DNA from: Candidatus Latescibacterota bacterium
Lineage (GTDB): Bacteria > Latescibacterota > UBA2968 > GCA-2709665
DNA length: 64,000 nucleotides
Direction: 5' to 3'
Assembly: GCA_963667175.2 (NCBI GenBank)
Contig: CAXXXF010000004.1
Coordinates: 18,361-82,360, forward strand
Positions 9,778 to 19,352 of this stretch are shown here, one piece after another; within the stretch, counting starts at the first letter, position 1; each line of letters opens with the position of its first letter. The notes beneath the pieces are model-generated. The model did not search any database and was not told where the DNA came from. It worked only from the letters and a program-made list of their open reading frames with translations. The position numbers were made by a program, and so were the translations under genes.

Positions 9778-10224
9778 TCATCTACTCTCTTCGAGTTTGC
9801 GTTTTATTCGTCGCATACAGACGTCCGGGGCTTTTGCCAGACGACACTCCCAAATGCGGATGACTTTCCATCCCAACTGGCGAAGGAGACGGTTTGCCCG
9901 CCGGTCTCGAGCCTGGGTTCGTGTAATCTTGTCATGCCACGCTTTCGGATTTGTCTTCGACGTCAAGTTTCTGCAATTGTGCCCGTGCCAAAAACAGCCG
10001 TCCACAAAGACAGCGACCTTCTCCTTCAAAAATGCGAAATCTGGTCGTCCCGGAAGCGGTTGGTTTCGTCTCCATCCAGGTAAACGCCACTCGCGCAAGA
10101 GACGTGCAAGGCGTTCTTCGGTCGTTTTATTACCCTTGCTACGCACGCGGGTCATCAGTTCACCACGACGCAAACCGCCAAACGTCGTACGTTCCTTTCT
10201 TGGGTCACCGGGCCAATGACTCAT
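9778..10224 (-). CDS. vsr: Very short patch repair endonuclease
   Basis: 148 aa. Motifs MTRVRSKGNKTTEERL, GRPDFAF, VFVDGCFWHGH, WHDKI. Lies 14 nt downstream of the dcm stop. Confidence 0.9.
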   Translation of the reverse strand: MSHWPGDPRKERTTFGGLRRGELMTRVRSKGNKTTEERLARLLREWRLPGWRRNQPLPGRPDFAFLKEKVAVFVDGCFWHGHNCRNLTSKTNPKAWHDKITRTQARDRRANRLLRQLGWKVIRIWECRLAKAPDVCMRRIKRKLEESR

Positions 10225-10238
10225 GGTCTCGCACCACG

Positions 10239-11327
10239 TTAATTTTCGGGTAATTCCCCAATTACGGAATGGACCTTCTGCGCAGCTAATTTTGCATATA
10301 AAGGGGGAACCGCATTGCCAATAAGATCACAAACTCTCTCCATGCTATCCGTGGTGAATCTGTAATTTTCGGGAAACGTCTGAAGCAGCGCTGCTTCTCG
10401 AACGGAGATCGTGTATCTGGATTTATCGGGATGGCCGAAACGGCCTTTGGATGCCGTGGTACACCCACCGGTTATGGTGGGAGAGACCTGGTCCCACGCC
10501 ATCCTTCCATACGTATTTGTGAAACCCCGATAGTCGCTTCGGTGACATTTCGGACGTACCGATTCATCAATTGCCAACCACGTTTTACCTGGTTCCGCGG
10601 CTTCTAATCTTTTCTTGACCTGAGGTTGAAGATTTCTAACTACGTGCCAGTTATGAGACTGAGGTCCACCATTCCCGCGTGCTGCCTTTAACGTGATGGG
10701 TGCTCCCAAATGGCCGATCGCTTGCTCTACCGTTTTCCACGGCCGCAGCCCGGATCCATCCTCCGGGACACGAGCATGAGTGGGTTCCGGTAACGGAACT
10801 TCGAATCCAAGTCCTGCTACGAGGACCAGTCGCCGTCGGGACTGCGGTACTCCAAAATCGGCCATCTGTTCAACCCGCCAACTGTACTTGTATCCAAGAT
10901 CGTCCATGACGCCAAGGAACTGATCGAAAATTCCCTTGCCCCGATTTAGGACGCCAGGGACGTTTTCCATAAATACCGAACGTGGAAGAATCGCTTCGAT
11001 GACGTCGGCCATCGCAAGTAGAAGCTCATTTCGCGGGTCGGCTTCCTGGTATTTGCTTGTAAGCGAACAGAAACCCTGACAGGGTGCGCAACCCGCCAGA
11101 AGCGAAATTCGGTCGCTACCGGCCGCCTCCAAGAGAGCCGAACCGGACACGTCGCGAATATCGCTTGTCAGCAACTGTGTTCGTGGATGGTTCCGTTTGT
11201 AGGTTTTCGCCGCGTCAGAGTCTATTTCAACGGCTGCCGCGACGTTGAATCCCGCATTGCGGATGCCTTTTGTCAACCCGCCGCACCCGGCGAATAGATC
11301 GATTGCAATTGGTCTTGCTGTGCTCAT
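10239..11327 (-). CDS. dcm: DNA (cytosine-5)-methyltransferase
   Basis: 362 aa. Canonical C5-MTase motifs DLFAGCGG (I), APCQGF (IV), ENVPG (VI), QSRRR (VIII), GNAVPP (X). Confidence 0.95.
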   Translation of the reverse strand: MSTARPIAIDLFAGCGGLTKGIRNAGFNVAAAVEIDSDAAKTYKRNHPRTQLLTSDIRDVSGSALLEAAGSDRISLLAGCAPCQGFCSLTSKYQEADPRNELLLAMADVIEAILPRSVFMENVPGVLNRGKGIFDQFLGVMDDLGYKYSWRVEQMADFGVPQSRRRLVLVAGLGFEVPLPEPTHARVPEDGSGLRPWKTVEQAIGHLGAPITLKAARGNGGPQSHNWHVVRNLQPQVKKRLEAAEPGKTWLAIDESVRPKCHRSDYRGFTNTYGRMAWDQVSPTITGGCTTASKGRFGHPDKSRYTISVREAALLQTFPENYRFTTDSMERVCDLIGNAVPPLYAKLAAQKVHSVIGELPEN

Positions 11328-13321
11328 TGTTCTGCCTGTTCTCTTCCAGTCTCAATTGATGCGGACGTTGATTCTTCTGCCAATTTCACGATTCTAGGGT
11401 CATCCGCGGGAACACGCGTCCTTACCACATCGAGAAACTCCGAGTGCAGAATTTCTGCTGCGCTTAGAAGATTATTCCAGCTACGTATATCGAACGTTCC
11501 TGCTTTTTGATGGGTCTGCGCGTGGATTTCGTCTTCTTTTCGTATGCGGTCAGCTATCAACAACCCACCCACGGTAGTACGACGGTTTGCTTCATCAGCC
11601 TCATCCTGGAGCCTTCTTTGCAGGAATAACACGTAATCTCGCAATTGGTCGAATTCCTGTCGTCCAACCATAGCTCCAGGTCGTTTTGTTTCAACGACAT
11701 ATGCCGTCTTAAACCTATCCCCAAGACAAAAGAAATCAAGTCGTCTCCTTCCTTCACTGCTACCAATGTTACCGATACCGTATTCTTCTGCAATTAGCCC
11801 GTCGAGCGTCTTTTCGTGAGCCAGAGATGCCCACTTCGGATCGATCAGCCACGGGTGACCACGTACGTAGTCCTGCATATCCGGTTTTTCCGGAACTTTA
11901 TCGCGGATCATTTCTTTAAACTTGCGGATAATTTCAACTCGGCCCTTCACGAGATTTGCAGTGTTGACGAGTTCAATGATGTCCCACTCTGAAAGAACTT
12001 CGCTGAATTTTTCGTATTCACTGGGAGAAGCTGCATTCAATCGTCGTATCGCATCGAGAAAACTTCGATTCGTCAGCGCATTGTAGGCGAATTCCACAAG
12101 CTCATCTGCTATATCCCTTCCCTCTTGGTCCTTATCGAGTTGAGGTATAGCACAAATTCGGTCAACCACTTTCGTGAATATCTGACGTTCTCTTTCAGGC
12201 AATTTTTCCGCCTGTCGCAGATAATCCGACACTTTGGGACTCTTCCGCTTTGCTTCTCGTCTCTTATCAGACCAGGTTTCCAACAACTCCCTGATCTTGC
12301 TTCTTCCCCATTCCTTCAACGGTACTGCCGCAGGATCCTCCCATCGTACAGTACCTCGATCAGTGGCAATCAAATCTACACTTTCGTCCAAAAAATCAGC
12401 TTGAACCTCGCCAGTGAAATATTGCATACCGTGCTGACCCCACACGCCACCACTAAGGTCGAAAAACCACGGCGTCTGAGCCAGTTTGCCTCTCACGTAC
12501 ACGACAAAGCCACGCTGTTCTTCGTCGGGTATTGTATCCTTGCAAAATCCCGCCCACCACTGAAATTGCTGTCCGTTCGAAAGTTCATCGGTTTGCCATG
12601 TGCCTGGATCTCCAGGAAATCTGAATTGAAATGGAATCTCTTGTCTCGATATTTGTGAATCATTTACATGGACAGTAAAAGATTCGTCAATCACAAGGAG
12701 TCGCCTTGCAATACTCTTGATAAATCGTTCTTCGTTAATCGATCGCCTGAGCTTAAGCCTCGATAGCCTAACCGTTGTACCGGTCTGGTCATCGGTTTCT
12801 CCGCCGTCATCTTGCAGTCGTATGGGTGTATAACCTTCCCGATCTGCAAAATTCGAACTCCGAGTTAGTTGGTCATAATCCAGTCTAAAATGGGCCACTT
12901 GCCCATCCTTAATCGATCGGACGTCGATCAAGTTCGCAATACCGAATCCGGCAAGCTTTCCGATACCCTTTCTTCCCTGAACTTTCCGTGAGGCTAGCCC
13001 ATTGTACTCCTCAGTCCACTCATCGTGATCTGATCGTCTGTCTCTTCCTACGGTCAGATAGCGGGCGTTACACTCATTAAAACTCATACCGTGTCCATCG
13101 TCCTTCACTACAATTTCGTCACTTGATGTGATCGCGGTTTGAGTCGGTAGTTCGATCCAGACGTTTCTCGCCATGGCATCGTATGCGTTCGAGATGAGTT
13201 CTGAAATTGCCGGGACTGCCCCTGAATACATCTGCAAACCGAGATGTTTGAACAACTGACCGGCAACGGTCATCTTGTATTCACGCCCATTCCGTGAAGT
13301 CGGCGTTTCTTGTTTATTCAT
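11324..13321 (-). CDS. GHKL (HATPase_c_3) ATPase fused to a PD-(D/E)xK-like C-terminal nuclease domain; putative restriction component
   Basis: 665 aa; its stop overlaps the dcm start by 4 nt. Bergerat-fold motifs [28 protein letters not shown]-terminal candidate nuclease motif LDFFCLGD...[10 protein letters not shown]. The start could instead be Met17 (13273). Confidence 0.75.
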   Translation of the reverse strand: MNKQETPTSRNGREYKMTVAGQLFKHLGLQMYSGAVPAISELISNAYDAMARNVWIELPTQTAITSSDEIVVKDDGHGMSFNECNARYLTVGRDRRSDHDEWTEEYNGLASRKVQGRKGIGKLAGFGIANLIDVRSIKDGQVAHFRLDYDQLTRSSNFADREGYTPIRLQDDGGETDDQTGTTVRLSRLKLRRSINEERFIKSIARRLLVIDESFTVHVNDSQISRQEIPFQFRFPGDPGTWQTDELSNGQQFQWWAGFCKDTIPDEEQRGFVVYVRGKLAQTPWFFDLSGGVWGQHGMQYFTGEVQADFLDESVDLIATDRGTVRWEDPAAVPLKEWGRSKIRELLETWSDKRREAKRKSPKVSDYLRQAEKLPERERQIFTKVVDRICAIPQLDKDQEGRDIADELVEFAYNALTNRSFLDAIRRLNAASPSEYEKFSEVLSEWDIIELVNTANLVKGRVEIIRKFKEMIRDKVPEKPDMQDYVRGHPWLIDPKWASLAHEKTLDGLIAEEYGIGNIGSSEGRRRLDFFCLGDRFKTAYVVETKRPGAMVGRQEFDQLRDYVLFLQRRLQDEADEANRRTTVGGLLIADRIRKEDEIHAQTHQKAGTFDIRSWNNLLSAAEILHSEFLDVVRTRVPADDPRIVKLAEESTSASIETGREQAEQ

Positions 13322-13577
13322 GGAAGAATCCCAATTATAGCGAACAAGAATCTCGTTACCGTCGGCAGCAACTCTTATTTCTGCCGGTTAAAATTATCGG
13401 GAATTTATCCCGAGAAAACAGATGTTTCAAACGTATCCCAAATACTGGCATTGCGCCGAAATTCTCAGCTTGCAAAACGTAACGGCGTTTTGTTCAGGTC
13501 TTCGAATCCCGATAGTACCATTATTGTAGCCACAGTTTTGGCGCCGGTCAAGGATTGCCGGTAAATCTTCTCGCGAT

Positions 13578-13889
13578 TGGGTATCCACCCACTGCTGTCC
13601 AAGAACCGTCGGATTCCCAGAGATAAGGTTCGAAAAATGGCTACAATAGGCGATTTTGGACGGGTTTGACCCGGATAATGAAAACCAGGTTTGCCATCGT
13701 CTGCGCAATGCTGTCCAAGAACAAGGTGACGTTTCCAGCGGCCATAATTGTGCTGTTTCCGTCTCAATAAGCCCGTGAAATAAGCACTTTGTGAATCTCA
13801 GGCAATCTTGGTCGAGGGATTGCTTCGCGGAAGTGAACCAGATGCTGTCCAAGACTGAAACCGATTTTGGACAGGTGTGGTATCCACCC
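13578..13889. repeat. Island repeat family 2 (GGTATCCACCC ends; 3x GCTGTCCAAGA; 2x GATTTTGGAC)
   Basis: GGGTATCCACCC occurs at 13580 and GGTATCCACCC at 13879-13889, abutting the MmeI-like stop codon. CTGTCCAAGA occurs at about 13603, 13711 and 13844. TTTTGGAC(G/A)GG occurs at about 13655 and 13865. The CTGTCCAA/TTGGACAG pairs are inverted repeats able to form hairpins. Confidence 0.6.
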
Positions 13890-16681
13890 TAACGCCGGGC
13901 TGTTGTTCGCCCCCGCCGCTTCGGTTTCGCCTTGGCCGCAAGCGGCGCGACTATTTTTTCATACAGCCCCAGCAAATGTTCCACGCGCTCACGCTCAGAA
14001 GCGAAGCCCGTACGCCGGTATAGTCTATCGACGGCGCTGTCCAGCCTCTGGTGCGCCTTGCGAAGGTCAGGAGGCATCAAGTCGGGGTCGTACAGGTCGG
14101 CAAGCGTCGCGTCAGGATGATTCGCGCGAGCGGATAGAACGGCGTAGGCGTGGGTTGCAAGCCGTTTCAGGCGTTCTGGCGGTACGGGGGGCATCGGAAA
14201 CGTATTGTACACGATGCCGATTCCGTATGAAAAGTCACTTTTGAGCCTTCCTCCGATATTCCTGACCCATGCCATGTGCAATGTCGATGTTAATAGTCCG
14301 AATTGCCAAAGGGAGGCGTTTAGCAGTACACGTATCTTATTGCTCGGAATCACAGGAGGTTCCAGCCATGCAATCGGAATATAGTCGCGCCGTTCGGAGC
14401 TGACTTCCGGCACCACCATGAAAGGGGCCGCTGGAATGACGTTGACGTGGTAGAGCTTTGGCGTCATTGCAAGTGTGCGGGTAGGCGCGCTCCTGCTCGC
14501 TAACCGATAGTCGCGAACGGCAGCTATGCGTTCCCTGACTTTCGGTAGTGTCTTGAGTATCTGAGGAGGAACGTCGGCGAGGTGAAGAATCCAGCGCATT
14601 CCACCCTGGAGAAACTCGCGGCTGCCGACGAACGGGCGCAAATACGGTTCAGCGGCCGGTTCATCGCGGAGGAAAGCGGCGCGTTCGTCTGCCTTGAAGA
14701 TATAATGCCCACCATCGATCGGCTTGGAGCCGATGATCAGCTTCGGCAGCCCATTGACAGGTAGATGTGACTCCCTTACCACGACTCGCGGATTGGTCAA
14801 ACTTCCCGCGTCGAAGAGGTAGGGCGAGAGTGCGGTGTGTTGGCTCTGTTGCGGATCACCATTGGCTGTCTCGTACGAAAACAGACGTTTCTGTCGCGGT
14901 GAATCGTCGCGCTTCGTCAATCCAATGATGACGACGTGAACGTGCGCCATCCCGCGTGCGTCCGATCCCCAGGCAAAGGTACGGTGGGCAAAGGCGATTT
15001 CGAGTTTGCAACGGTCAAACAGGACCGGCCAGAGTTGTGAGACCTGCTCGCCCTGCGTGATCGAATTGGTGGCCACAAAACCGATTCGTGCCTCGCTATT
15101 CTGCACGTATTCCCCAGCCTTGATGAACCACGCGGTCACATAGTCGAGCGTGCCGCCGCTCTTCCCCAGCGCGGCGAGGCGGCGCACCTGCTCTCGCTGC
15201 TCGTCCGACTGAAACTTGGCGCCTATGAACGGCGGATTCCCCAGAACGAAGGAACATTCCTCCGGGGGCAGAAGTTCGGACCAATCGAATTCGAGCGCAT
15301 TGCCCTGCCGGATGTGCGGCGACTTCGCCAGTGGGATGCGTGCGAAAGTCTCACCAAACTCAAGGCTCAAACGGACATTCATGATGTGATCCATCATCCA
15401 AAGCGCTACTTCGGCGATGCGCGCTGGAAACTCCCCTAACTCGATGCCGAAGAACTGGTCCACGTTGACAATAACAAGCTGTGTTGGAAAGACGTCGGTT
15501 TGGGTTTTCGGGTGAATCTCTCTTAAAACCTCGATTTCCAATGCGCGCAATTCGCGGTACGCGACAATGAGAAAATTGCCGCAGCCGCAGGCCGGGTCGA
15601 GAATGCGCAGGTCGCGGAGCCTCTGCCGGAACGTGTGAAGCGCGGGAATCCGGCGCGTATCACGACGGGCCTTCAATTTGCGAAACTCTTCCCGCAATTC
15701 GTCGAGGAACAGCGGCTCGATGACCTTGAGGATGTTCTGTTCCGTCGTATAGTGGGCACCCTGCCGGCGACGTTGGTCCTTGTCCATTACCGACTGGAAT
15801 AACGAGCCGAAAATTGCCGGCGAGATGTTCGACCAATTGAAATTGCAGGCGTCAATCAGCTTTTCGCGCATCTCAGAATTGAATGACGGGATGGGCAATG
15901 GGTCACGAAACAGGTCGCCGTTGACGTATGGGAAGCGGTCGAGGTCTTCATCGAGCGTGGTAGGGCGCTGTTCTTCGTGGGTGTTGAGAACCTGGAACAA
16001 GTGCATGAGGCGGCTTCCGAGATCCGTCCCGTCAACATTCGTACGGTTTTCCAGGTAATCGAGAAAGACGTCGCGCGGCTCGAAGATGCCAGTGTCGTCC
16101 GCAAAGAAGCAGAAGACAATGCGAACGAGGAATTGCTCCAGGTCGTGTCCGGTGTAGCCGGATGCAGCCAGCGCGTCATGGAGAAGACCGACGCGTTCCG
16201 CCGCCGCGATGTTGACCGGATCCTGATCCTTAAAGGTCCGCTTCTGAACACCGAGGATAAAGCCGAACTTTTCAACATGATCAGGAAGGTCGGCGAGCGA
16301 GAAACGAACTTCCTCGCGTTCATCCCGGTCGATCAGATCGAACGTCTGGAAGTCACACTGCAACTGGTAACGAGGTCTTTCGTGCTCCTGCAAGGCGTCG
16401 AAATAGGCATCCGCCTGCTCTCGCGCCTTCTCCAGATCGACACCCGCGCTCTTCTGCTCGACAAGCAATACGCCCGGCCAGAACAGATCGATGAATCCTC
16501 TGGAATCATCCACGCGCTGGACATGCTCCTCATAGCGGGCGACCGTACGGCGTTTCACGCCGAAAATCTCGAAGAATTCGTTGTAGAAACTTTGAGTCTC
16601 GCCCTTCTCGTATCCCGAATCCTTCCACTCATCAGCAAATCGGGAGGCACGAGAGCGGATTTCATTCCACGATAGACGCAT
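13889..16681 (-). CDS. MmeI-family type IIL (IIG) restriction-modification enzyme (nuclease + N6-adenine MTase + TRD in one polypeptide)
   Basis: 930 aa, colinear with my recollection of MmeI. N-terminal PD-ExK (FIDLFWPGVLLVEQKS); LVR.VFC.FA.DT.IFE; FPYVNG.LF; ISPAIFGSLFQS; GAHYT; motif I DPACGCGNFL; motif IV GNPPF; TNSITQGEQV; AGLYDP..MP..L.KAH..LD. Confidence 0.9.
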   Translation of the reverse strand: MRLSWNEIRSRASRFADEWKDSGYEKGETQSFYNEFFEIFGVKRRTVARYEEHVQRVDDSRGFIDLFWPGVLLVEQKSAGVDLEKAREQADAYFDALQEHERPRYQLQCDFQTFDLIDRDEREEVRFSLADLPDHVEKFGFILGVQKRTFKDQDPVNIAAAERVGLLHDALAASGYTGHDLEQFLVRIVFCFFADDTGIFEPRDVFLDYLENRTNVDGTDLGSRLMHLFQVLNTHEEQRPTTLDEDLDRFPYVNGDLFRDPLPIPSFNSEMREKLIDACNFNWSNISPAIFGSLFQSVMDKDQRRRQGAHYTTEQNILKVIEPLFLDELREEFRKLKARRDTRRIPALHTFRQRLRDLRILDPACGCGNFLIVAYRELRALEIEVLREIHPKTQTDVFPTQLVIVNVDQFFGIELGEFPARIAEVALWMMDHIMNVRLSLEFGETFARIPLAKSPHIRQGNALEFDWSELLPPEECSFVLGNPPFIGAKFQSDEQREQVRRLAALGKSGGTLDYVTAWFIKAGEYVQNSEARIGFVATNSITQGEQVSQLWPVLFDRCKLEIAFAHRTFAWGSDARGMAHVHVVIIGLTKRDDSPRQKRLFSYETANGDPQQSQHTALSPYLFDAGSLTNPRVVVRESHLPVNGLPKLIIGSKPIDGGHYIFKADERAAFLRDEPAAEPYLRPFVGSREFLQGGMRWILHLADVPPQILKTLPKVRERIAAVRDYRLASRSAPTRTLAMTPKLYHVNVIPAAPFMVVPEVSSERRDYIPIAWLEPPVIPSNKIRVLLNASLWQFGLLTSTLHMAWVRNIGGRLKSDFSYGIGIVYNTFPMPPVPPERLKRLATHAYAVLSARANHPDATLADLYDPDLMPPDLRKAHQRLDSAVDRLYRRTGFASERERVEHLLGLYEKIVAPLAAKAKPKRRGRTTARR

Positions 16682-16814
16682 TTGGACATGTTCTCTTTTT
16701 TCTGAGAAACCGGATTAACGGAGATTGACGTCGTAATGTGCCGATTTTACTACACGGGACATCACGGACGCCTGGTGCTGTGTAAGACAAATCAGCCCCG
16801 AGAAATCTACGGTC

Positions 16815-16909
16815 GTTGCCTGTCACCTATTGCCGACAATGTCGTTTGACGGCCACTTTTCGACGTTATTGACCGACAACAGATGTTGTGGGACATAAGT
16901 GACCGTCAA
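16815..16909. repeat. Island repeat family 1, copy A
   Basis: GTTGCCTGTCAC-CTATTGCCGACAA-...TTTGACGGCCACTT...ATTGACCGACAAC...GTTGTGGGACATAAGTGACCGTCAA. About 95 bp, aligns end to end with copy C. Confidence 0.7.
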
Positions 16910-16966
16910 AGGGCTCTTCTTTCTTCCAGGTCACACACGCATGGGGACGCGCGACGAAATCAAACC

Positions 16967-17021
16967 GTTGCCGGTCATTGATGGCCGACAACTGGCGTTG
17001 TAGGACATAAGTGGCCGTCAA
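16967..17021. repeat. Island repeat family 1, copy B (short form lacking the central hairpin)
   Basis: GTTGCCGGTCATTGATGGCCGACAACTGGCGTTGTAGGACATAAGTGGCCGTCAA. Its last bases contain the stop codon (tca 17018-17020) of the DUF4276 gene. Confidence 0.7.
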
Positions 17022-17638
17022 AACACGCTTCTTTCCTCCGCAAGCCCCATCAGCACGTTGATAAATCGTTTTGCGTGGGGCGATGCACTTGTGACTTTCG
17101 TTGGGTCGATTATCGCGAGGATTTCAAAACTGTGTCTTCCTTTGTCATAGGTGCCTTTCCTGGTGTTACGGGCAGCACGACGAATTCCGTCGTCTACATC
17201 TTTCTTTGGTACCTCTTCAATTTCCGGATTCCGCGGAAGCGCGTTTGCCTGGAAGCCCTGGCCGTAGTATTCTCCAAGGGCTGTGCGATCTGCAAGAAAC
17301 CAGGACTCCATCGCTTGCACCATCAAATGGCATTGGTCGTCCTTCGCGCCGTCGGGTCGGTCCCAGTCATCACGATCCTTGAGGTGCTGCCACGGTCCCG
17401 GTTTCCGGACCGGCTCTTCAGCGTCTACTAAGAGCAGAGCATATTCGCTTTCATTTGCAGCATCTTTGCTTCTTTTTGCAAAACGGCTGAACGCGTTCGT
17501 ACGACTGCCGCCGGCTACGAATTCAGGCATATTTCCCTGTAATCCGGATTTCTCGATGAACCTCATAAAGCCCCTGCGACAGGCGCTGCTTGTGGTCTTT
17601 TTATTGCCACCGCCTTCCACGTATACCTTTATTTTCAC
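17018..17638 (-). CDS. DUF4276 family protein (TOPRIM-like signature)
   Basis: 206 aa from GTG 17638, which overlaps the upstream ATPase stop (GTGA). KIKVYVEGGG and LLLVDAEEP resemble a TOPRIM Glu / DxD arrangement. Family assignment is from memory. Confidence 0.7.
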   Translation of the reverse strand: MKIKVYVEGGGNKKTTSSACRRGFMRFIEKSGLQGNMPEFVAGGSRTNAFSRFAKRSKDAANESEYALLLVDAEEPVRKPGPWQHLKDRDDWDRPDGAKDDQCHLMVQAMESWFLADRTALGEYYGQGFQANALPRNPEIEEVPKKDVDDGIRRAARNTRKGTYDKGRHSFEILAIIDPTKVTSASPHAKRFINVLMGLAEERSVF

Positions 17639-18828
17639 CACCGATTGCCTCCAATTTCCCCGCTTATCCATAGCTCACCAAGCCGGTAGTCTTTAAGCCA
17701 TATCTCGAGCTCCGAGGCGTCAAGACGACGGAGTTGTGTCGCGCCGTCCGATTTATCGCAAACAATCACCGCTTCCGGTGTATCGGTGAGTGCATCAATG
17801 AGAATGTCGGAGTGCGTTGTGACGAAAATCTGGCTACGAGAAGACGCCTCGACCAAAAGCGACGCAACCTCCGGGATCACATCCGGATGGAGACCAGTCT
17901 CCGGCTCCTCAATGCAGACGACAGGCGGCGGATCGGGATTGCAGAGCACAGCGAGCAGGCAAAGATACTTTAGTGTGCCATCGGAAAGCCGGGTGGCCGG
18001 TACGGCATGTTGCAGGCCTTTCTCGTGGAAAGAAACCTGGACCGTGTTACTTTGTGTTCTGCTACGCATATCCTCAATTGACGGATGAAAGGAATTTAAG
18101 CGATCCATAATCTGGCGCTTTACGGGAGGCTGGTTCAGCAGATTGTCAAGAATCAGTCCGATATTTGAAGCGTCCTCGAACAGGTTGTCCTGCGGGAGGT
18201 CGGCCTGCTGAGGAAGGCGGGATGGCGCAGACCGACCGAGGTTCCACTCCCGGTAGAAGCGCATTTGCTCGAATTGTTCGGCCAGGTAGGTCAATTCCGG
18301 AAAGGAGTCGGGATCTCGGCGCTGCGAGAGAATGGACTGGTCGGGAATAACTTCGTCTCGCGTGAGACGTCGGTCTGGTCGAGACTCCTGCGTGAAGACG
18401 TTGAGCACTGGCTGGCCATCCCGGTATCGATAGAAGATATATGGCTCTTCGTTCCCTGGGGTCGGTGTCTCATTCTCGATTGCCTCTTCCAGCAGTTCAA
18501 AACGTGCACCTGTTTCGGTGAATGACAGCCGATACCTGAGTGGCTGTTTGTCCGCGTAATCGACGGCTACATCCACGGCTGCCGTACCGAGTCGAGTGGC
18601 TCCCTTCCATAGCCACTCGATAACGCCTCCTCCCTTTCGAATCGGCGCCTGAAGATCCCGACCAGGCGCGGCTGCAATTAGCGACAGCACTTCGATCAAG
18701 TTTGATTTCCCGGAAGCGTTAGGGCCGATAAGCACGTTTAACGGCTCTAACTCAAACTCTGCGTCCCAGGAACCGTAGGATAGGATATTTTCCAGACGGA
18801 TCGTTCGGATAAACCTCCTGCCATCCAT
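17635..18828 (-). CDS. ABC/SMC-like AAA ATPase (AAA_21/AAA_15 type)
   Basis: 397 aa. Walker A GPNASGKSN, Q-loop region, Walker B/D-loop VVCIEEPETGLHP, H-loop FVTTHS. Translationally coupled to the DUF4276 gene. Confidence 0.85.
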   Translation of the reverse strand: MDGRRFIRTIRLENILSYGSWDAEFELEPLNVLIGPNASGKSNLIEVLSLIAAAPGRDLQAPIRKGGGVIEWLWKGATRLGTAAVDVAVDYADKQPLRYRLSFTETGARFELLEEAIENETPTPGNEEPYIFYRYRDGQPVLNVFTQESRPDRRLTRDEVIPDQSILSQRRDPDSFPELTYLAEQFEQMRFYREWNLGRSAPSRLPQQADLPQDNLFEDASNIGLILDNLLNQPPVKRQIMDRLNSFHPSIEDMRSRTQSNTVQVSFHEKGLQHAVPATRLSDGTLKYLCLLAVLCNPDPPPVVCIEEPETGLHPDVIPEVASLLVEASSRSQIFVTTHSDILIDALTDTPEAVIVCDKSDGATQLRRLDASELEIWLKDYRLGELWISGEIGGNRW

Positions 18829-19049
18829 AGGCGACTCCCTTCAGATTTCCTACACTAACCATGACCAATCGAGTCTTTTTCCGTAATCTAGCCTTGATTC
18901 GTCATTTTTCGGGGACGTTAATTCGAATATACGCAAGTTGATAAGGGCGATATGGCATCGGATTTCCAGGAACCTTCAGGTCACTGGATGTGAACGGAAA
19001 AAATGTGCTTCCGGACGACGTCTTCGGCCCGTTGAGGAAACAACTGCAG

Positions 19050-19148
19050 GGTCACGGCGTTACGACACATGCCGTATCGCACGGATGCCCTTTGTGCCTT
19101 TTGTGCTTTTTGTGGCCAATTTTGCGGTTTTCTTTTTTCGAATTGAGG
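19050..19148. repeat. ~95-bp intergenic repeat, copy 1 (GGTCACGGC.TTACGACACA...TGCTTTTTGTGGCCAATTT..CGGTT.TCTTTTTTCGAATTGAGG)
   Basis: Near-identical second copy at 43242-43331. Confidence 0.75.
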
Positions 19149-19257
19149 CTAGAATCGTCAACGTAATGGTGAATTCAAGCGTGTCTCAATGCCAATCGCT
19201 GGCGCTTCCCGGACTCGCTACAAGTAGGTCCGTTTGGCTACCGGCCACAATCAACCC

Positions 19258-19352
19258 GTTGCCGGTCATCCATTGCCGACAAATGAGTTTGTTGGCCACT
19301 TTCTCTCGATATTGGCCAACAAATGGCGTTGTGGGACATAAGTGACCGTCAA
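19258..19352. repeat. Island repeat family 1, copy C
   Basis: GTTGCCGGTCATCCATTGCCGACAAATGAGTTTGTTGGCCACTTTCTCTCGATATTGGCCAACAAATGGCGTTGTGGGACATAAGTGACCGTCAA. Contains a perfect 10-bp stem, TTGTTGGCCA/TGGCCAACAA. Confidence 0.7.

Noticed and set aside
13322-13888. ORFs 13427-13852(-), 13465-13767(-) and 13310-13564(+) in the spacer between the GHKL gene and the MmeI-like gene
   Set aside because: The region is made of short repeats (CTGTCCAAGA, TTTTGGAC.GG, GGTATCCACCC). There is no RBS, the translations are unconvincing, and the ORFs overlap each other in different frames.
16815-19352. Canonical integron attC sites in island repeat family 1 and family 2
   Set aside because: I could not find the conserved R'' RYYYAAC and R' GTTRRRY boxes at the element ends. 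The closest matches are ACAAC...GTTGT(G/A)G, and in the short copy they are only 4 nt apart. No intI gene is in the window. The cassette-like idea is kept only as a hypothesis to test with a covariance model.
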